From Bythopirellula sp. (GTDB taxonomy: Bacteria; Planctomycetota; Planctomycetia; Pirellulales; Lacipirellulaceae), in assembly GCA_965216565.1 (NCBI GenBank), contig OZ244170.1, forward strand, positions 4,672,001-4,736,000: a DNA stretch of 64,000 nt, in the 5' to 3' direction. The notes under the pieces are model-generated. The model worked only from the letters and a program-made list of their open reading frames with translations, was not told the DNA's origin and ran no database searches. Shown in pieces: positions 1 through 9,268 of this stretch (its first letter is position 1; every line of letters starts with the position of its first letter). The translations under genes were made by a program, and so were the position numbers.

Positions 1-1
1 C

Positions 2-697
2 CACAAGCGAATTGATGAAATTCGACAACGGGCAGCCGCAGGCAATCCGGCCGACTATCTCCCGCAGGATGCCAATGCTGTTGCCAAGATTCGCAAGTCG
101 ATCGCCCCATTGAAGTGGGACGTAGGGTTAGGGGCAGTTGTGCTGTGGTGCGTCAGCGTTTCCTTTCTGGTGGCCGGTGCTGTGGTGCTTTACCCAATGC
201 TTGCTAGTGGCGAAATGGGCGCGGCATTTCAAAACTGGAGCCTACTTACCGATCAAGCACACGTCTGGCGGAACGTCCATGAGTCGCTGATTTGGGTCTA
301 CTACGTTAGCGTATTAATTGCCCTCTGGGGCACGTTGCAGGCGTATCCGGAAATCTACTCACGAGTGGTGCTCGACTACTGTCAGACGATGTTTCCCGGC
401 CGACACTGGTCCCGGCGGTGGGTGCAACTGATAATTTCCAGCTATGTCTTCATCGCTGCCATGATGGTGATTTGGAGTGATGTAAATTTCGATACGACTA
501 CCCAAATTGTGGCATTTCTGGCAACTAATCTCGGCGTGGCCTTGGCGTTGTGTGCGGCGCTTTATCTGAATCTTCGCCTGCCCGCAGCCTACCGCACGCG
601 TTGGTGGATGTTTGCCGGCGGGCTGGCCTCTGCCATACTCTTGCTGGTCGTCTCCGCCATAAGTGGTCTGGGTGTTTGGGATAAGATTGAGTGGTAG
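2..697 (+). CDS. Multi-pass membrane transporter, NRAMP/APC-like (C-terminal part, truncated by window edge)
   Basis: Frame is open from position 2 through the ORF-track start at 110; several hydrophobic helices; lies upstream of two sugar-type oxidoreductases. Confidence 0.6.
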   Translation, partial: HKRIDEIRQRAAAGNPADYLPQDANAVAKIRKSIAPLKWDVGLGAVVLWCVSVSFLVAGAVVLYPMLASGEMGAAFQNWSLLTDQAHVWRNVHESLIWVYYVSVLIALWGTLQAYPEIYSRVVLDYCQTMFPGRHWSRRWVQLIISSYVFIAAMMVIWSDVNFDTTTQIVAFLATNLGVALALCAALYLNLRLPAAYRTRWWMFAGGLASAILLLVVSAISGLGVWDKIEW

Positions 698-827
698 CCT
701 AGACGCTGAACCGCAAGTGACAAGCCCGGGCCAAACCCTGGGACATCCTCTACAACTGGGCTCCCAAGTTGCTAGAATGGCCACGTCACTTTATTCCAGG
801 TAGATTCGCACGGTCAGGTATTTCTCT

Positions 828-1991
828 ATGTCGCAGCAAGAACTAGGAGTTGGGCTCATTGGCTACAAATTCATGGGCCGCGCCCATAGCCACGCCTGGC
901 AAACAGCTCCTCGATTTTTCGATCTCGATGCCAAGCCAAGAATGCAGGTTGTGTGCGGTCGAGATGCCGATGCGGTAGCTGAGTTCGCCAAGCGCTGGGG
1001 TTGGATCGAGTCTTCAGCGGATTGGAAAAGTGTAGTCCAGAGCGACGCGGTTGATGTGGTGGATATTTGCACGCCTGGGGCCAGCCATGCCGAAATAGCC
1101 ATTGCCGCGGCGAAGGCGGGCAAGCACGTCTTCTGTGAAAAGCCCTTGGCCAACTCGCTCCAGGACGCTCAGGAAATGCTGGTTGCTGTACGTTCTGCAG
1201 GCGTCAAGCATATGGTCAACTTCAGCTACCGTCGTTGCCCCGCCATCGCCCTTGCCAAGCAGATGATCGATGCGGGCGAAATCGGCGAGATCCGTCACTG
1301 GCGTGCCACTTATTTGCAAGATTGGTTGGTGGATCCCGAATTCCCGATGAACTGGCGAATGCGCAAGGAATCGGCGGGCTCTGGGGCTCATGGCGATCTG
1401 GGAGCCCATTCGATTGATATGGCTCGCTACTTGGTGGGCGAATTGAGCGAAGTCGTCGGCACCAAAAAGACTTTCATTACAGAGCGTCCAGCCGAGGGCA
1501 CATCCAGCGGACTGACAGCCACCGCCGGCGAAGGCACCGAGGCCGTCACGGTCGACGATACGTCACTCTTTTTAACCAAGTTTGCCAGCGGAGCGCTCGG
1601 CAGCTTCGAAGCTACCCGGCTCGCACCGGGCCGCAAGAATTTCAACCGTTTTGAGATCAATGGCAGCAAAGGAACACTGGCTTGGTGTTTTGAACGCCTT
1701 AACGAGTTGGAGTTCTTCTCCATCACCGATCCAACACACGCCAGCGGTTTCCGCACAATCATTGCCACCGAGGGCGAGCACGCTTACGCAGGCAGCTGGT
1801 GGCCCCCAGGACACATGTTGGGGTACGACCACACCTTCACGAACGCGGCAGGAGATCTGGTGCAAGACATCGCGCTCGATCGACCTTGCCAGCCAGATTT
1901 TCGCGATGGTGCCCAGTGCGTCGCGGTGCTCGATGCCGTCGACCAAAGCATGGATTCGGGAAGTTGGACGGATGTGCCGGTGATCGAGTAG
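828..1991 (+). CDS. Gfo/Idh/MocA family oxidoreductase
   Basis: N-terminal Rossmann motif GLIGYKFMG, CEKP motif, GAHGDLGAHSID catalytic region. Confidence 0.92.
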   Translation: MSQQELGVGLIGYKFMGRAHSHAWQTAPRFFDLDAKPRMQVVCGRDADAVAEFAKRWGWIESSADWKSVVQSDAVDVVDICTPGASHAEIAIAAAKAGKHVFCEKPLANSLQDAQEMLVAVRSAGVKHMVNFSYRRCPAIALAKQMIDAGEIGEIRHWRATYLQDWLVDPEFPMNWRMRKESAGSGAHGDLGAHSIDMARYLVGELSEVVGTKKTFITERPAEGTSSGLTATAGEGTEAVTVDDTSLFLTKFASGALGSFEATRLAPGRKNFNRFEINGSKGTLAWCFERLNELEFFSITDPTHASGFRTIIATEGEHAYAGSWWPPGHMLGYDHTFTNAAGDLVQDIALDRPCQPDFRDGAQCVAVLDAVDQSMDSGSWTDVPVIE

Positions 1992-2054
1992 TGGGTTTTA
2001 GAGTCCACTCTCCTTGGGGTGAGGCCTGAAGGGACGAGGATTATCTGGGAATCA

Positions 2055-2089
2055 CCCTCCCCTAGCCCCTCCCTCTTAGGGGAGGGGGA
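2055..2089. repeat. REP-like GC hairpin (ccctcccctagcccctccctcttaggggaggggga)
   Basis: Same CCCTC..CCCTCTCCC/GGGAGAGGG family as the copies at ~8742, ~17303-17387 and ~26510. Confidence 0.6.
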
Positions 2090-2180
2090 TTCGTTAATGC
2101 TCAGTCGGATTTAGTTAATTATCAGTAGAACGTAGATACTGTGTGAAGAAATTAGACATTCTCAGAGACCTGTAAAACTC

Positions 2181-3332
2181 ATGAAAAAAATCAACGCGGG
2201 AATTATTGGCACGGGATTTATCGGCCCTGCTCACGTCGAAGCACTCAGGCGGTTGGGCAATATCGAAGTGTTGGCCGTTGCCGAGCAGAATCAAGAACTT
2301 GCTGACAGCAAGGCCCAGCAGCTTTCGATTCCCAAGGCCTATGGTGACTATCACGATTTGCTGGCTGACGAGGCGATCGACGTCGTGCATAACTGCACGC
2401 CAAATCATCTGCATTTTGAAGTAAATCGCGATATTCTTGCCGCGGGCAAGCACGTGATCTCTGAGAAGCCGTTGGCCATGACCAGCGACGAATCGCACGA
2501 GCTAGTGCGGCTGGCTAAAGAGTCGGGCGTGGTACACGCGATCGACTTCAACTATCGCTATATGCCGCTGGTCCAACAAGCGCGGATCATGTGTCAGGAG
2601 CGGGACGACTTGGGGCGGGTGCTGGCCGTCCATGGCTCGTACTTGCAAGATTGGTTGCATCAAGAAACCGACTGGAATTGGCGGCTGGTGCCGGAACTTA
2701 GTGGCCGTTCGCGGGCGGTGGCTGATATCGGCTCGCACTGGTGCGATCTGATTCAGTTCATCACAGGATTGAAAATCGTGCACGTGATGGCCGATCTGGT
2801 AACCATCCACCCAGTTCGCAAACGACCGAAGGTGGAAGTCGAAACCTACGCTGGCAAAGTGCTCAAGCCGGAAGATCTGGAAGATGTACACGTTGGCACG
2901 GAAGACTACGCGTCGATTCTGCTGGAAATGGACAACGGTTCGCACGGCGTGCTGACGGTCAACCAGTGTGCTGCCGGTCGTAAGAATCGGCTTTACTTTG
3001 AAATCGACGGCAGCAACTCGTCTCTCAGCTGGGATCAGGAGCGGCCTAACGAACTTTGGGTTGGCCGTCGCGATGCTCCCAATCAAACGATCATGAAAGA
3101 TCCAAGTCTGCTGTACGAGGGGGCGCGCGAATATGCCCACTATCCGGGCGGTCACAACGAAGCTTATCCCGACGGCCCCAAGAATTTGTTCCGCAATGTG
3201 TATGGCTTCATTGCGGGGGACCGCGAGGGCGGCGACTTCGCCACGTTCGTTGACGGCCACAACGAGATCGCCATTTGCGACGCGGTGCTGAAAAGCAGCG
3301 AGGAAAAGCAGTGGGTTCAAGTCGATTATTGA
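2181..3332 (+). CDS. Gfo/Idh/MocA family oxidoreductase
   Basis: GIIGTGFIG, SEKPLA and DIGSHWCD motifs. Confidence 0.92.
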   Translation: MKKINAGIIGTGFIGPAHVEALRRLGNIEVLAVAEQNQELADSKAQQLSIPKAYGDYHDLLADEAIDVVHNCTPNHLHFEVNRDILAAGKHVISEKPLAMTSDESHELVRLAKESGVVHAIDFNYRYMPLVQQARIMCQERDDLGRVLAVHGSYLQDWLHQETDWNWRLVPELSGRSRAVADIGSHWCDLIQFITGLKIVHVMADLVTIHPVRKRPKVEVETYAGKVLKPEDLEDVHVGTEDYASILLEMDNGSHGVLTVNQCAAGRKNRLYFEIDGSNSSLSWDQERPNELWVGRRDAPNQTIMKDPSLLYEGAREYAHYPGGHNEAYPDGPKNLFRNVYGFIAGDREGGDFATFVDGHNEIAICDAVLKSSEEKQWVQVDY

Positions 3333-3623
3333 GCGTCGATCTCCACCGCTCCTAGTTTGGTGCGACGACCAAGAATCGAGACTAAGATTCCACGTGGCCA
3401 AGTGTTAGAGTGAGGCAAATGGCAATTGGGCCACGTTGTGCGTCCCAGGGGCTTATTTTTTTTCGATGAAGCACCGCTTTTCACGGGAAACACGCACCCC
3501 CCGCCCAAAACCGATGCCATATGTAGTGTTGTGGTGGCAGGCGTCACACAAAACTAGAAACCTCCGTATCGCTTATTTTGTGTAAGCGGTTTTCTCAAAC
3601 CACGATCGCTTGGTGGTCTGCCA

Positions 3624-4583
3624 TTAAGTGTTGTTGGTTTCGCTTAGTAGTTCGCGGATAGTTCAAACATGATCGGCCAATCCGTGTGCCATCGCGGGCG
3701 TTTTCTTTTTCAGCGACTTGTGGGGCTTGCAGTAGTTGTAGGCCACAAAGAACAGGGCCAGCGCTGCCCGATGGTTTTCCCATTTCTTGCTGATTGCGTA
3801 GGTGACACGGGCCATACGCTTTGTATAGTTGCGGATCGTGGCGTTCAGCCTCTCGCAATGCGAAGTGCAGATTTCCGATTCGTGGATATGTCCGCTGATT
3901 CGCTTCTTTCGCATTCATATTATACCGGGAACTGAGAAATGGAACCGGTCTTCGTCTACTGTCCTGTTTCCGAACGACTCGATTACTTGTCCATAGTCCG
4001 TTCGGCGGAATAGATGCCTACCAACGGCAGGTTCGTAAGCGTGGAATCCGTCGGTTGATAGTTTGAATCGTCCAGCCACAGCGTAACCGAGCTTCCGACA
4101 GAATTGGTCTGTATGCTCTTGGGTCCACTTGCCGAAGTGAAAGCAGACTAGAAGCTTGCTGGCAGGGTCCATTGCCGTGTAGCAATAGGCATCGCCTACA
4201 GGCTTGTCTTGATAGCCCAGGCGGATTGCTGTCTTTTTCTTGCAATGGACATAGCCCCAAATTTCGTCGGCCTGGATTGAATTGACTTCTAGGTTGCGAT
4301 GATTCTCTTGTAAAAACTTCTCGCAACGCTCGCCAACCAGAACCATTAGGTCGATGATCGTATGGGCTTTGACTTTGGTAAGGCGGGACACGGTTGAGAT
4401 ACTTAGCCCCTCTAGCAGCATTTCGATAATCTGCTCGGCTTTTTCTAGTCCGATACGCATTCCGTCGAATAGGCTGGTCGATTCCGTAAAGCATTTGCCG
4501 CAATATTTGCATCGAAAGCGAGGTGTCCCGGCCTTGGTTGTGCCGTGCTTCTTGTAATTTTCGTGCTGACAAATAGCTAGTAT
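3624..4583 (-). pseudogene. IS1-family transposase with two in-frame TGA stops
   Basis: One frame encodes a Zn-ribbon (CQH..KHG..RFRCKYCGKCF), HTH, QADEIW, LSTDG, TSHCERLNATIR and TPAMAHGLADHV*TIRELL. TGA stops at 3915-3917 and 3663-3665; final TAA at 3624-3626 lies inside the terminal repeat. No ATG/GTG/TTG in frame before the Zn-ribbon, so the start is approximate. Confidence 0.85.
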
Positions 4584-4712
4584 ACATGCGAAAGCTTCGC
4601 CTGGTTGGGGCCTCCGCTAGAATGTCAATTGCAAGGTCGCAATCTGGCTAAAGCCCGGTTGTGATTCGCCCCGTCGATGTTTCACGCATTGGCGGGGTTT
4701 TCTCTTGTGTAC

Positions 4713-4776
4713 TTATTGTACGGCATAAAACTACCCTACACAAGGGTTGCGTAGAAACTTTACTTCCGTACACTAA
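4713..4776. promoter_or_regulatory. Back-to-back sigma70-like promoters with an inverted operator-like repeat
   Basis: Minus strand TTGTGT-17-TACAAT (4743-4715); plus strand TTGCGT-16-TACACT (4747-4774); ccgtaca(a/c)taa covers both -10 boxes in inverted orientation. Confidence 0.55.
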
Positions 4777-4780
4777 TGGG

Positions 4781-4954
4781 ATGGAAAACAAGCGAATGGG
4801 CAGGCCGCCCAAACCGGCCTCAGAACGGCAGACAGCACGCTTGGAGATTCGCATGACGGAAGCCGATCTCGAACTGATCGAAGGTGCGGCTAAGGGGAAT
4901 ACGTCGTCATGGGCTCGTGGTGTACTTGTAAGGGCTGCTAAGCGTACTAAGTGA
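4781..4954 (+). CDS. Small ribbon-helix-helix-like DNA-binding protein (57 aa)
   Basis: MENKRMGRPPKPASERQTARLEIRMTEADLELIEGAAKGNTSSWARGVLVRAA: GRP motif, alternating beta strand, two helices. Confidence 0.72.
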   Translation: MENKRMGRPPKPASERQTARLEIRMTEADLELIEGAAKGNTSSWARGVLVRAAKRTK

Positions 4955-5109
4955 GCGGAAAGCGGGAGAGGTGAACTCAGTCCGTTAGGGACGGCTCCCT
5001 CCGGCAGCGTATAAGACTGCTGCGCCATCCAAGACGCGGGCCGCTTTCCTGTTGATATGTAGTTCGACTTGAAACGTACAATCTTGGATAACTTCAGAGA
5101 AGATTTACC

Positions 5110-6003
5110 ATGGCGCGATCCAAGAACAAAGGGAAGAAGAAAAAGTCGCGTAAACGCAAACCAACCAAGAAGAAACAGAAGCCCAGCGAAAAGAATCCTG
5201 TAGCCGAACGGACGCCCCTCGCAGATTCCCCCAATGCCAATCAGGCAACTCAAGAGTCCAATCCAAGTGATAAGCGGGCCTACCCACAATACTACTTTGT
5301 ACCAGGGGTAACTAGATTTACTTGGCCTCGCTTTAGTTGGCGAGCATGGCGCAAGTTTTTCGCCGTTGTCGAATTGTTCTTCGCTGGCGCTGTGGCCTAC
5401 TATGCGATGATTCAAGCGGGAGTCATGGAGGATACTCTTGACCAGAACTCTAGGTTTCTGGATGAAGCTACTAAGACCAGAAAAGCCACTGAGAGCCAAG
5501 CCAACGTTGAAATCGCTCGTTCCTTGGGTCGAATTGCAGTCACTGAATGCAGCATTGAGAGGCTTGTGGACGGGCAACCAGTTAAAATTACATTCACGAT
5601 AAGCAATACGGGAGAACGTGAGGTCTTTGTGGGAAAGATCAATGCGGCCGCCGTGTATTTTAGCGGCAATAGGCCGCAGGTCACCAGTGAATTGAATAAG
5701 ATTCGTAGAAACAAAAAAACCACCTACGAGCGACACTATGGGCTTCTTGTCTCCGGTAAAAGCATCACTGTTCCAATTGCGCAAGCCAAGAAAATCCATC
5801 AGGGAACGATTGATCGAATCACTGACAAAGAGACTAGCCTCTATCTCCTTGGATGCGTCACATTCCGCGACACTAACGGAAGGCATCATACTGACGAAGA
5901 ATTCGTTATTTTCCGCTATGATCCGGATTCTGGCATGATGGTTGCCGAGGAACTCCCCGCACATATTGATAGTGATAATTCAAAGAGCCGGAGCAAGAAG
6001 TAG
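5110..6003 (+). CDS. IS passenger protein: basic N-terminus, one transmembrane helix, beta-rich C-terminal domain
   Basis: 297-aa ORF inside the IS; TM segment FFAVVELFFAGAVAYYAMI; ITFTISNTG suggests an Ig-like strand. Confidence 0.65.
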   Translation: MARSKNKGKKKKSRKRKPTKKKQKPSEKNPVAERTPLADSPNANQATQESNPSDKRAYPQYYFVPGVTRFTWPRFSWRAWRKFFAVVELFFAGAVAYYAMIQAGVMEDTLDQNSRFLDEATKTRKATESQANVEIARSLGRIAVTECSIERLVDGQPVKITFTISNTGEREVFVGKINAAAVYFSGNRPQVTSELNKIRRNKKTTYERHYGLLVSGKSITVPIAQAKKIHQGTIDRITDKETSLYLLGCVTFRDTNGRHHTDEEFVIFRYDPDSGMMVAEELPAHIDSDNSKSRSKK

Positions 6004-6450
6004 CTTAATCACAGCTCACCCCCTTTCTGGGATGAGCAACACATAACGGCAGACCACGATCGCTTGTGTGACCCTTGATTCGAAATTGGCCCAAAATCAA
6101 CTGTTGACTTCGCAGTGTTGAACATTTGGAAAGCGAAGTCGAAAAGACTGCCGCGACGGAATTGAGCCCGCGTAAGTTTTCTTCCTCAGCGGCGCAGGGA
6201 TTGTACTCTCTCTTCTCACACGCCATCGGCGGATCGTCATCCAACGGCGGCTTACCCCGTGGGGCTTGCACCCAGGATTTGGAGTTTCGACGTTCGACGA
6301 AGCTGGCTACTTGGCCCTACCTGCATTCCAAGGGAGGGGAGTTCTACCGCTGGTGGAAGCTGGCTGGATCCAAGCCGCAATAGAGATGAGCGAGATTGCA
6401 CAGATTCGACTCAGCCAGAAAATGAATCGGCGTTTCACGCTTGGGCTTTT

Positions 6451-6646
6451 CCCCGAAGGGGATATATTCCGTAGCCCAGGGTTGCGGCGCAGGCGCTACC
6501 CTGGGTAAGTGAAGGCTAGTAAATATACCCCAAAAGGGTTTTATAAAGTGTGTAACCCTTTCAGGGTAGGAATGATGCCGATTAAGACCCAGGGTAGATC
6601 GCTTTGCGATCAACCCTGGGCTACGGTATGTAACGCCTTCGGCGTA
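6451..6646. repeat. Long nested palindromic REP/REPIN-like element
   Basis: ccgtagcccagggttg ... caaccctgggctacgg arms, inner ctaccctgggt/acccagggtag arms, and small terminal hairpins. Confidence 0.75.
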
Positions 6647-6701
6647 TCGCGGTGACTTATCTGCCTCGAATTCATCGGCTGGTTCAATTAATGGACGGGC
6701 C
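6606..6701 (+). repeat. Repeat block A, copy 1 (96 bp)
   Basis: Direct repeat of 7922-8017 with 2 mismatches. Confidence 0.9.
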
Positions 6702-6856
6702 GGGTGCCATGCCCACGCTTGTTGGTTTTCTGAGTCGTGACGACACGCCAACACACATAGCCAGGCTGCCTGCTCCGAGGTGTTGCGTGGGCATGTTGGA
6801 GAATCAGCAAGTGCGCTAAGACCTTCAGTTGCTTCGGCGTGGCCATGGCACCCGGC
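6699..6856 (+). repeat. Repeat block B, copy 1: 158-bp MITE/REP-like element
   Basis: Terminal inverted repeat gccgggtgccatgcccacgc / gcgtggccatggcacccggc (19/20); direct repeat of 7766-7923 with 2 mismatches. Confidence 0.9.
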
Positions 6857-6916
6857 TTATTGTCCGGGGGTATTAATAGGCGTTGCCAGGGGCTGTCTGG
6901 TGATTTGGGACAGAAG

Positions 6917-7519
6917 TTAGATCCGCTTTCGCAATCGGCAGCTCATGCCCAATATTCCGAGGGTGACGAGGATAAAGGTATTGGGCTCGGGACTGGCATG
7001 CACCGAGATCGTGTCGACGGAGCTTCTGTACGAAAGCGAACAGCTAGGGCATATTGAGGCATGGATTTGCGCGAGCTCATCGAAATCATTTGCGTCATAA
7101 GATGTTGGAACATCCGGCGTGTCGTATATGTTGGCAGTCGACCTCAGGGATAAGAACCCAGTTTCACCGGGGGCGAAAAAGAAATCAAACTCTACACCGT
7201 CTGCATAGATGCCAGACCAAACATTAAATACGTGAACTTCATACGAACGGCCCTCGATCGTTACATCGAAAAAGCTCCCATCATAATTTGCAGCTGCTGG
7301 CGTAGAAGATACGACAGATGCGGTGGGATCGACAGTGAACGACCCACTATAGGTGTCGCCGACAGACTTGCCAGGAAAAAGTGCACCCAAAGCGTTGTCC
7401 TGAACTACGCCACTGAAGTTGAATGTCAGCGGCGCAGCATTGACGGAAGCTGCAATGGCGATCACCGACAGAATGCTAAGGCATGCGTGAAAGCTCAGTT
7501 GTATGACTGTTGAAATCAT
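6917..7519 (-). CDS. PEP-CTERM sorting domain protein
   Basis: Signal peptide; C-terminus SPEPNTFILVTLGILGMSCRLRKRI. Confidence 0.85.
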   Translation of the reverse strand: MISTVIQLSFHACLSILSVIAIAASVNAAPLTFNFSGVVQDNALGALFPGKSVGDTYSGSFTVDPTASVVSSTPAAANYDGSFFDVTIEGRSYEVHVFNVWSGIYADGVEFDFFFAPGETGFLSLRSTANIYDTPDVPTSYDANDFDELAQIHASICPSCSLSYRSSVDTISVHASPEPNTFILVTLGILGMSCRLRKRI

Positions 7520-7765
7520 GTAGCTTTCCTTCTGGTTATGGATTGTCCAATCACAGGAAGATACTCAATACTCAGACCTCAGAAGTTGCTTGAATTAGCT
7601 AAATAGATCGTCGGAAACAATGGCAATATCCACTAGAGATGGATTCATCCATGACTACTTGCGTAAATCGGCTCAATGATGATCCAGATAGTTAAGTCAG
7701 GGAACACCACTAGCTGCCAGTGCTGGCAATTTTATGGCCAAGTCTAGCGTCTTGACTCAACGTCA

Positions 7766-7923
7766 GCCGGGTGCCATGCCCACGCTTGTTGGTTTTCTGA
7801 GTCGTGACGACACGCCAACACACATAGCCACGCTGCCTGCTCCGAGGTGTTGCGTGGGCATGTTGGAGAATCAGCAAGTGCGCCAAGACCTTCAGTTGCT
7901 TCGGCGTGGCCATGGCACCCGGC
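7766..7923 (+). repeat. Repeat block B, copy 2
   Basis: Near-identical to 6699-6856. Confidence 0.9.
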
Positions 7924-8017
7924 GATCAACCCTGGGCTACGGTATGTAACGCCTTCGGCGTATCGCGGTGACTTATCTGCCTCGAATTCATCGGCTGGTT
8001 CGATTAAGGGACGGGCC
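7922..8017 (+). repeat. Repeat block A, copy 2
   Basis: Near-identical to 6606-6701. Confidence 0.9.
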
Positions 8018-8253
8018 AGGTCGGGGATTGGTGGGTGCGGCACCTGCTCTGCGGACTCGCGCGGCCATTTGGTGCGTGAAATACAGCGTTTCCCCCTTCT
8101 AATACTAGTCTTTGAGCCCTTGCCTAAGCAGCAGGGAGGCGGTAAATTGGTTGATTCTCCACTGCCCGAGGCAGAGGCCAGATAGAGCTTGGTTGGCACC
8201 ACTTGGCTGCGAGCCACGATGATGTGAAGGATTGGAAGAAGGTTCAGAAACTT

Positions 8254-8691
8254 ATGAAAACTTACATGGCCAAAACAGGTAAGGTCGACCAGCAATGGTT
8301 GCTGGTGGACGCCACCGACAAAATTGTTGGACGCCTGGCCAGCGAAATCGCCACGATCTTGATGGGCAAGCATCGTCCGACTTACACGCCGCATGTCGAT
8401 ACGGGTGACTTTGTGGTGGTGGTAAACGTCGAGAAGATCCGCTTCACCGGCAAGAAGTGGGAGAATAAGAAGTACGCCTGGTATACGGGTTATCCCCGTC
8501 AGCGAACGGTCACGGCTGAAGTGCGTCGGGAACGCAAGCCAGAACTGATCCTAACCGAAGCAGTTCGCCGCATGCTGCCTAAGAGTAAGTTGGGCCGTGC
8601 GATGCTATCTAAGCTGAAGGTTTACGCTGGTCCCGAGCACCCCCACACCGCACAAGAGCCCGAGCCAACCGAGTTGGCCATCAAGGCTTAG
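8254..8691 (+). CDS. rplM: 50S ribosomal protein L13
   Basis: MKTYMAK..WLLVDA..GRLASEIA..GKHRPTYTPHVDTGD; start taken at ATG 8254. Confidence 0.97.
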   Translation: MKTYMAKTGKVDQQWLLVDATDKIVGRLASEIATILMGKHRPTYTPHVDTGDFVVVVNVEKIRFTGKKWENKKYAWYTGYPRQRTVTAEVRRERKPELILTEAVRRMLPKSKLGRAMLSKLKVYAGPEHPHTAQEPEPTELAIKA

Positions 8692-8714
8692 AGCCGAAGA
8701 GTCCTTAACCACGA

Positions 8715-8809
8715 AATCAAGGAAAAATAACTTTCTCTAAGTCCCTCGCCCCTATGGGGAGAGGCAAGGTGAGGGGAGCAATAAATGCCGAAGTTATTTT
8801 TCCTCGATT
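8715..8809. repeat. MITE-like element between rplM and rpsI
   Basis: Terminal inverted repeat aatcaaggaaaaataactt / aagttatttttcctcgatt (18/19) around a GC hairpin; related to 26474-26577. Confidence 0.75.
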
Positions 8810-8866
8810 CCTGACCGTTACCTTATGAATCGCTAAATCCAAATCGCTAAATAGGAAACAGCATAC

Positions 8867-9268
8867 ATGTCCACCAGCACCGCCGAAGAAGTCCTGGGCA
8901 CTGGTCGTCGCAAAACCTCCGTGGCTCGAGTCCGCATCCGCCAAGGATCGGGCAAGATCACTATCAATAAACGCGATCTGGAAGACTTCTTCCGAGTCGA
9001 ACAAGATCGCAATGCGGTCGTCGCTCCATTGGATCACTGCGAAGTACGTGATTCGGTCGACGTGAATATCCGCGTGCACGGCGGCGGAACAACGGGGCAA
9101 GCTGGTGCCTGCATGCAGGGAATCGCTCGGGCATTGATGAAGCACGACAGCGATTTGTCTGAGAAGTTGCGTGAGAAGAGCTTCCTGACTCGCGACGCCC
9201 GCATGAAAGAGCGTAAGAAACCGGGTCTGCACGGTGCTCGTCGTGGAACCCAGTTCTCCAAGCGTTAG
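8867..9268 (+). CDS. rpsI: 30S ribosomal protein S9
   Basis: GTGRRKTSVARV, GGGTTGQAGA, ERKKPG..QFSKR. Confidence 0.97.
   Translation: MSTSTAEEVLGTGRRKTSVARVRIRQGSGKITINKRDLEDFFRVEQDRNAVVAPLDHCEVRDSVDVNIRVHGGGTTGQAGACMQGIARALMKHDSDLSEKLREKSFLTRDARMKERKKPGLHGARRGTQFSKR

Larger units (their letters stand above)
3613..6057. mobile_element. IS1-family insertion sequence carrying passenger genes (~2445 bp)
   Basis: Left end gtggtctgccattaagtgttgtt versus reverse complement of right end gtggtctgccgttatgtgttgct (20/23 identical); flanking direct repeat gatcgcttg at 3604-3612 and 6058-6066; IS1-type transposase inside. Confidence 0.88.

Noticed and set aside
3333..3612. tRNA or other RNA gene at the IS insertion site
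   Set aside because: No cloverleaf or T-loop signature recognised
3624..4460. Alternative genetic code (TGA as Trp or Gly) in the transposase
   Set aside because: The same gene uses TGG for Trp and the neighbouring RHH gene ends in TGA; nonsense mutation is simpler
4648..5964. 438-aa antisense ORF spanning the IS cargo, with apparent TM helices
   Set aside because: It lies opposite two better-supported genes, and its Phe/Leu-rich stretch mirrors the Lys-rich sense codons; treated as a shadow ORF, though its length is notable
6451..8017. Possible CRISPR array
   Set aside because: No regularly spaced short repeats with unique spacers, and no cas genes in the window
6344..8394. ORFs 6344-6754, 7710-7913, 7734-7949, 7744-8394 and 7847-8185, some sharing peptide segments
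   Set aside because: The shared peptides come from translating repeat blocks A and B, not from real paralogous genes
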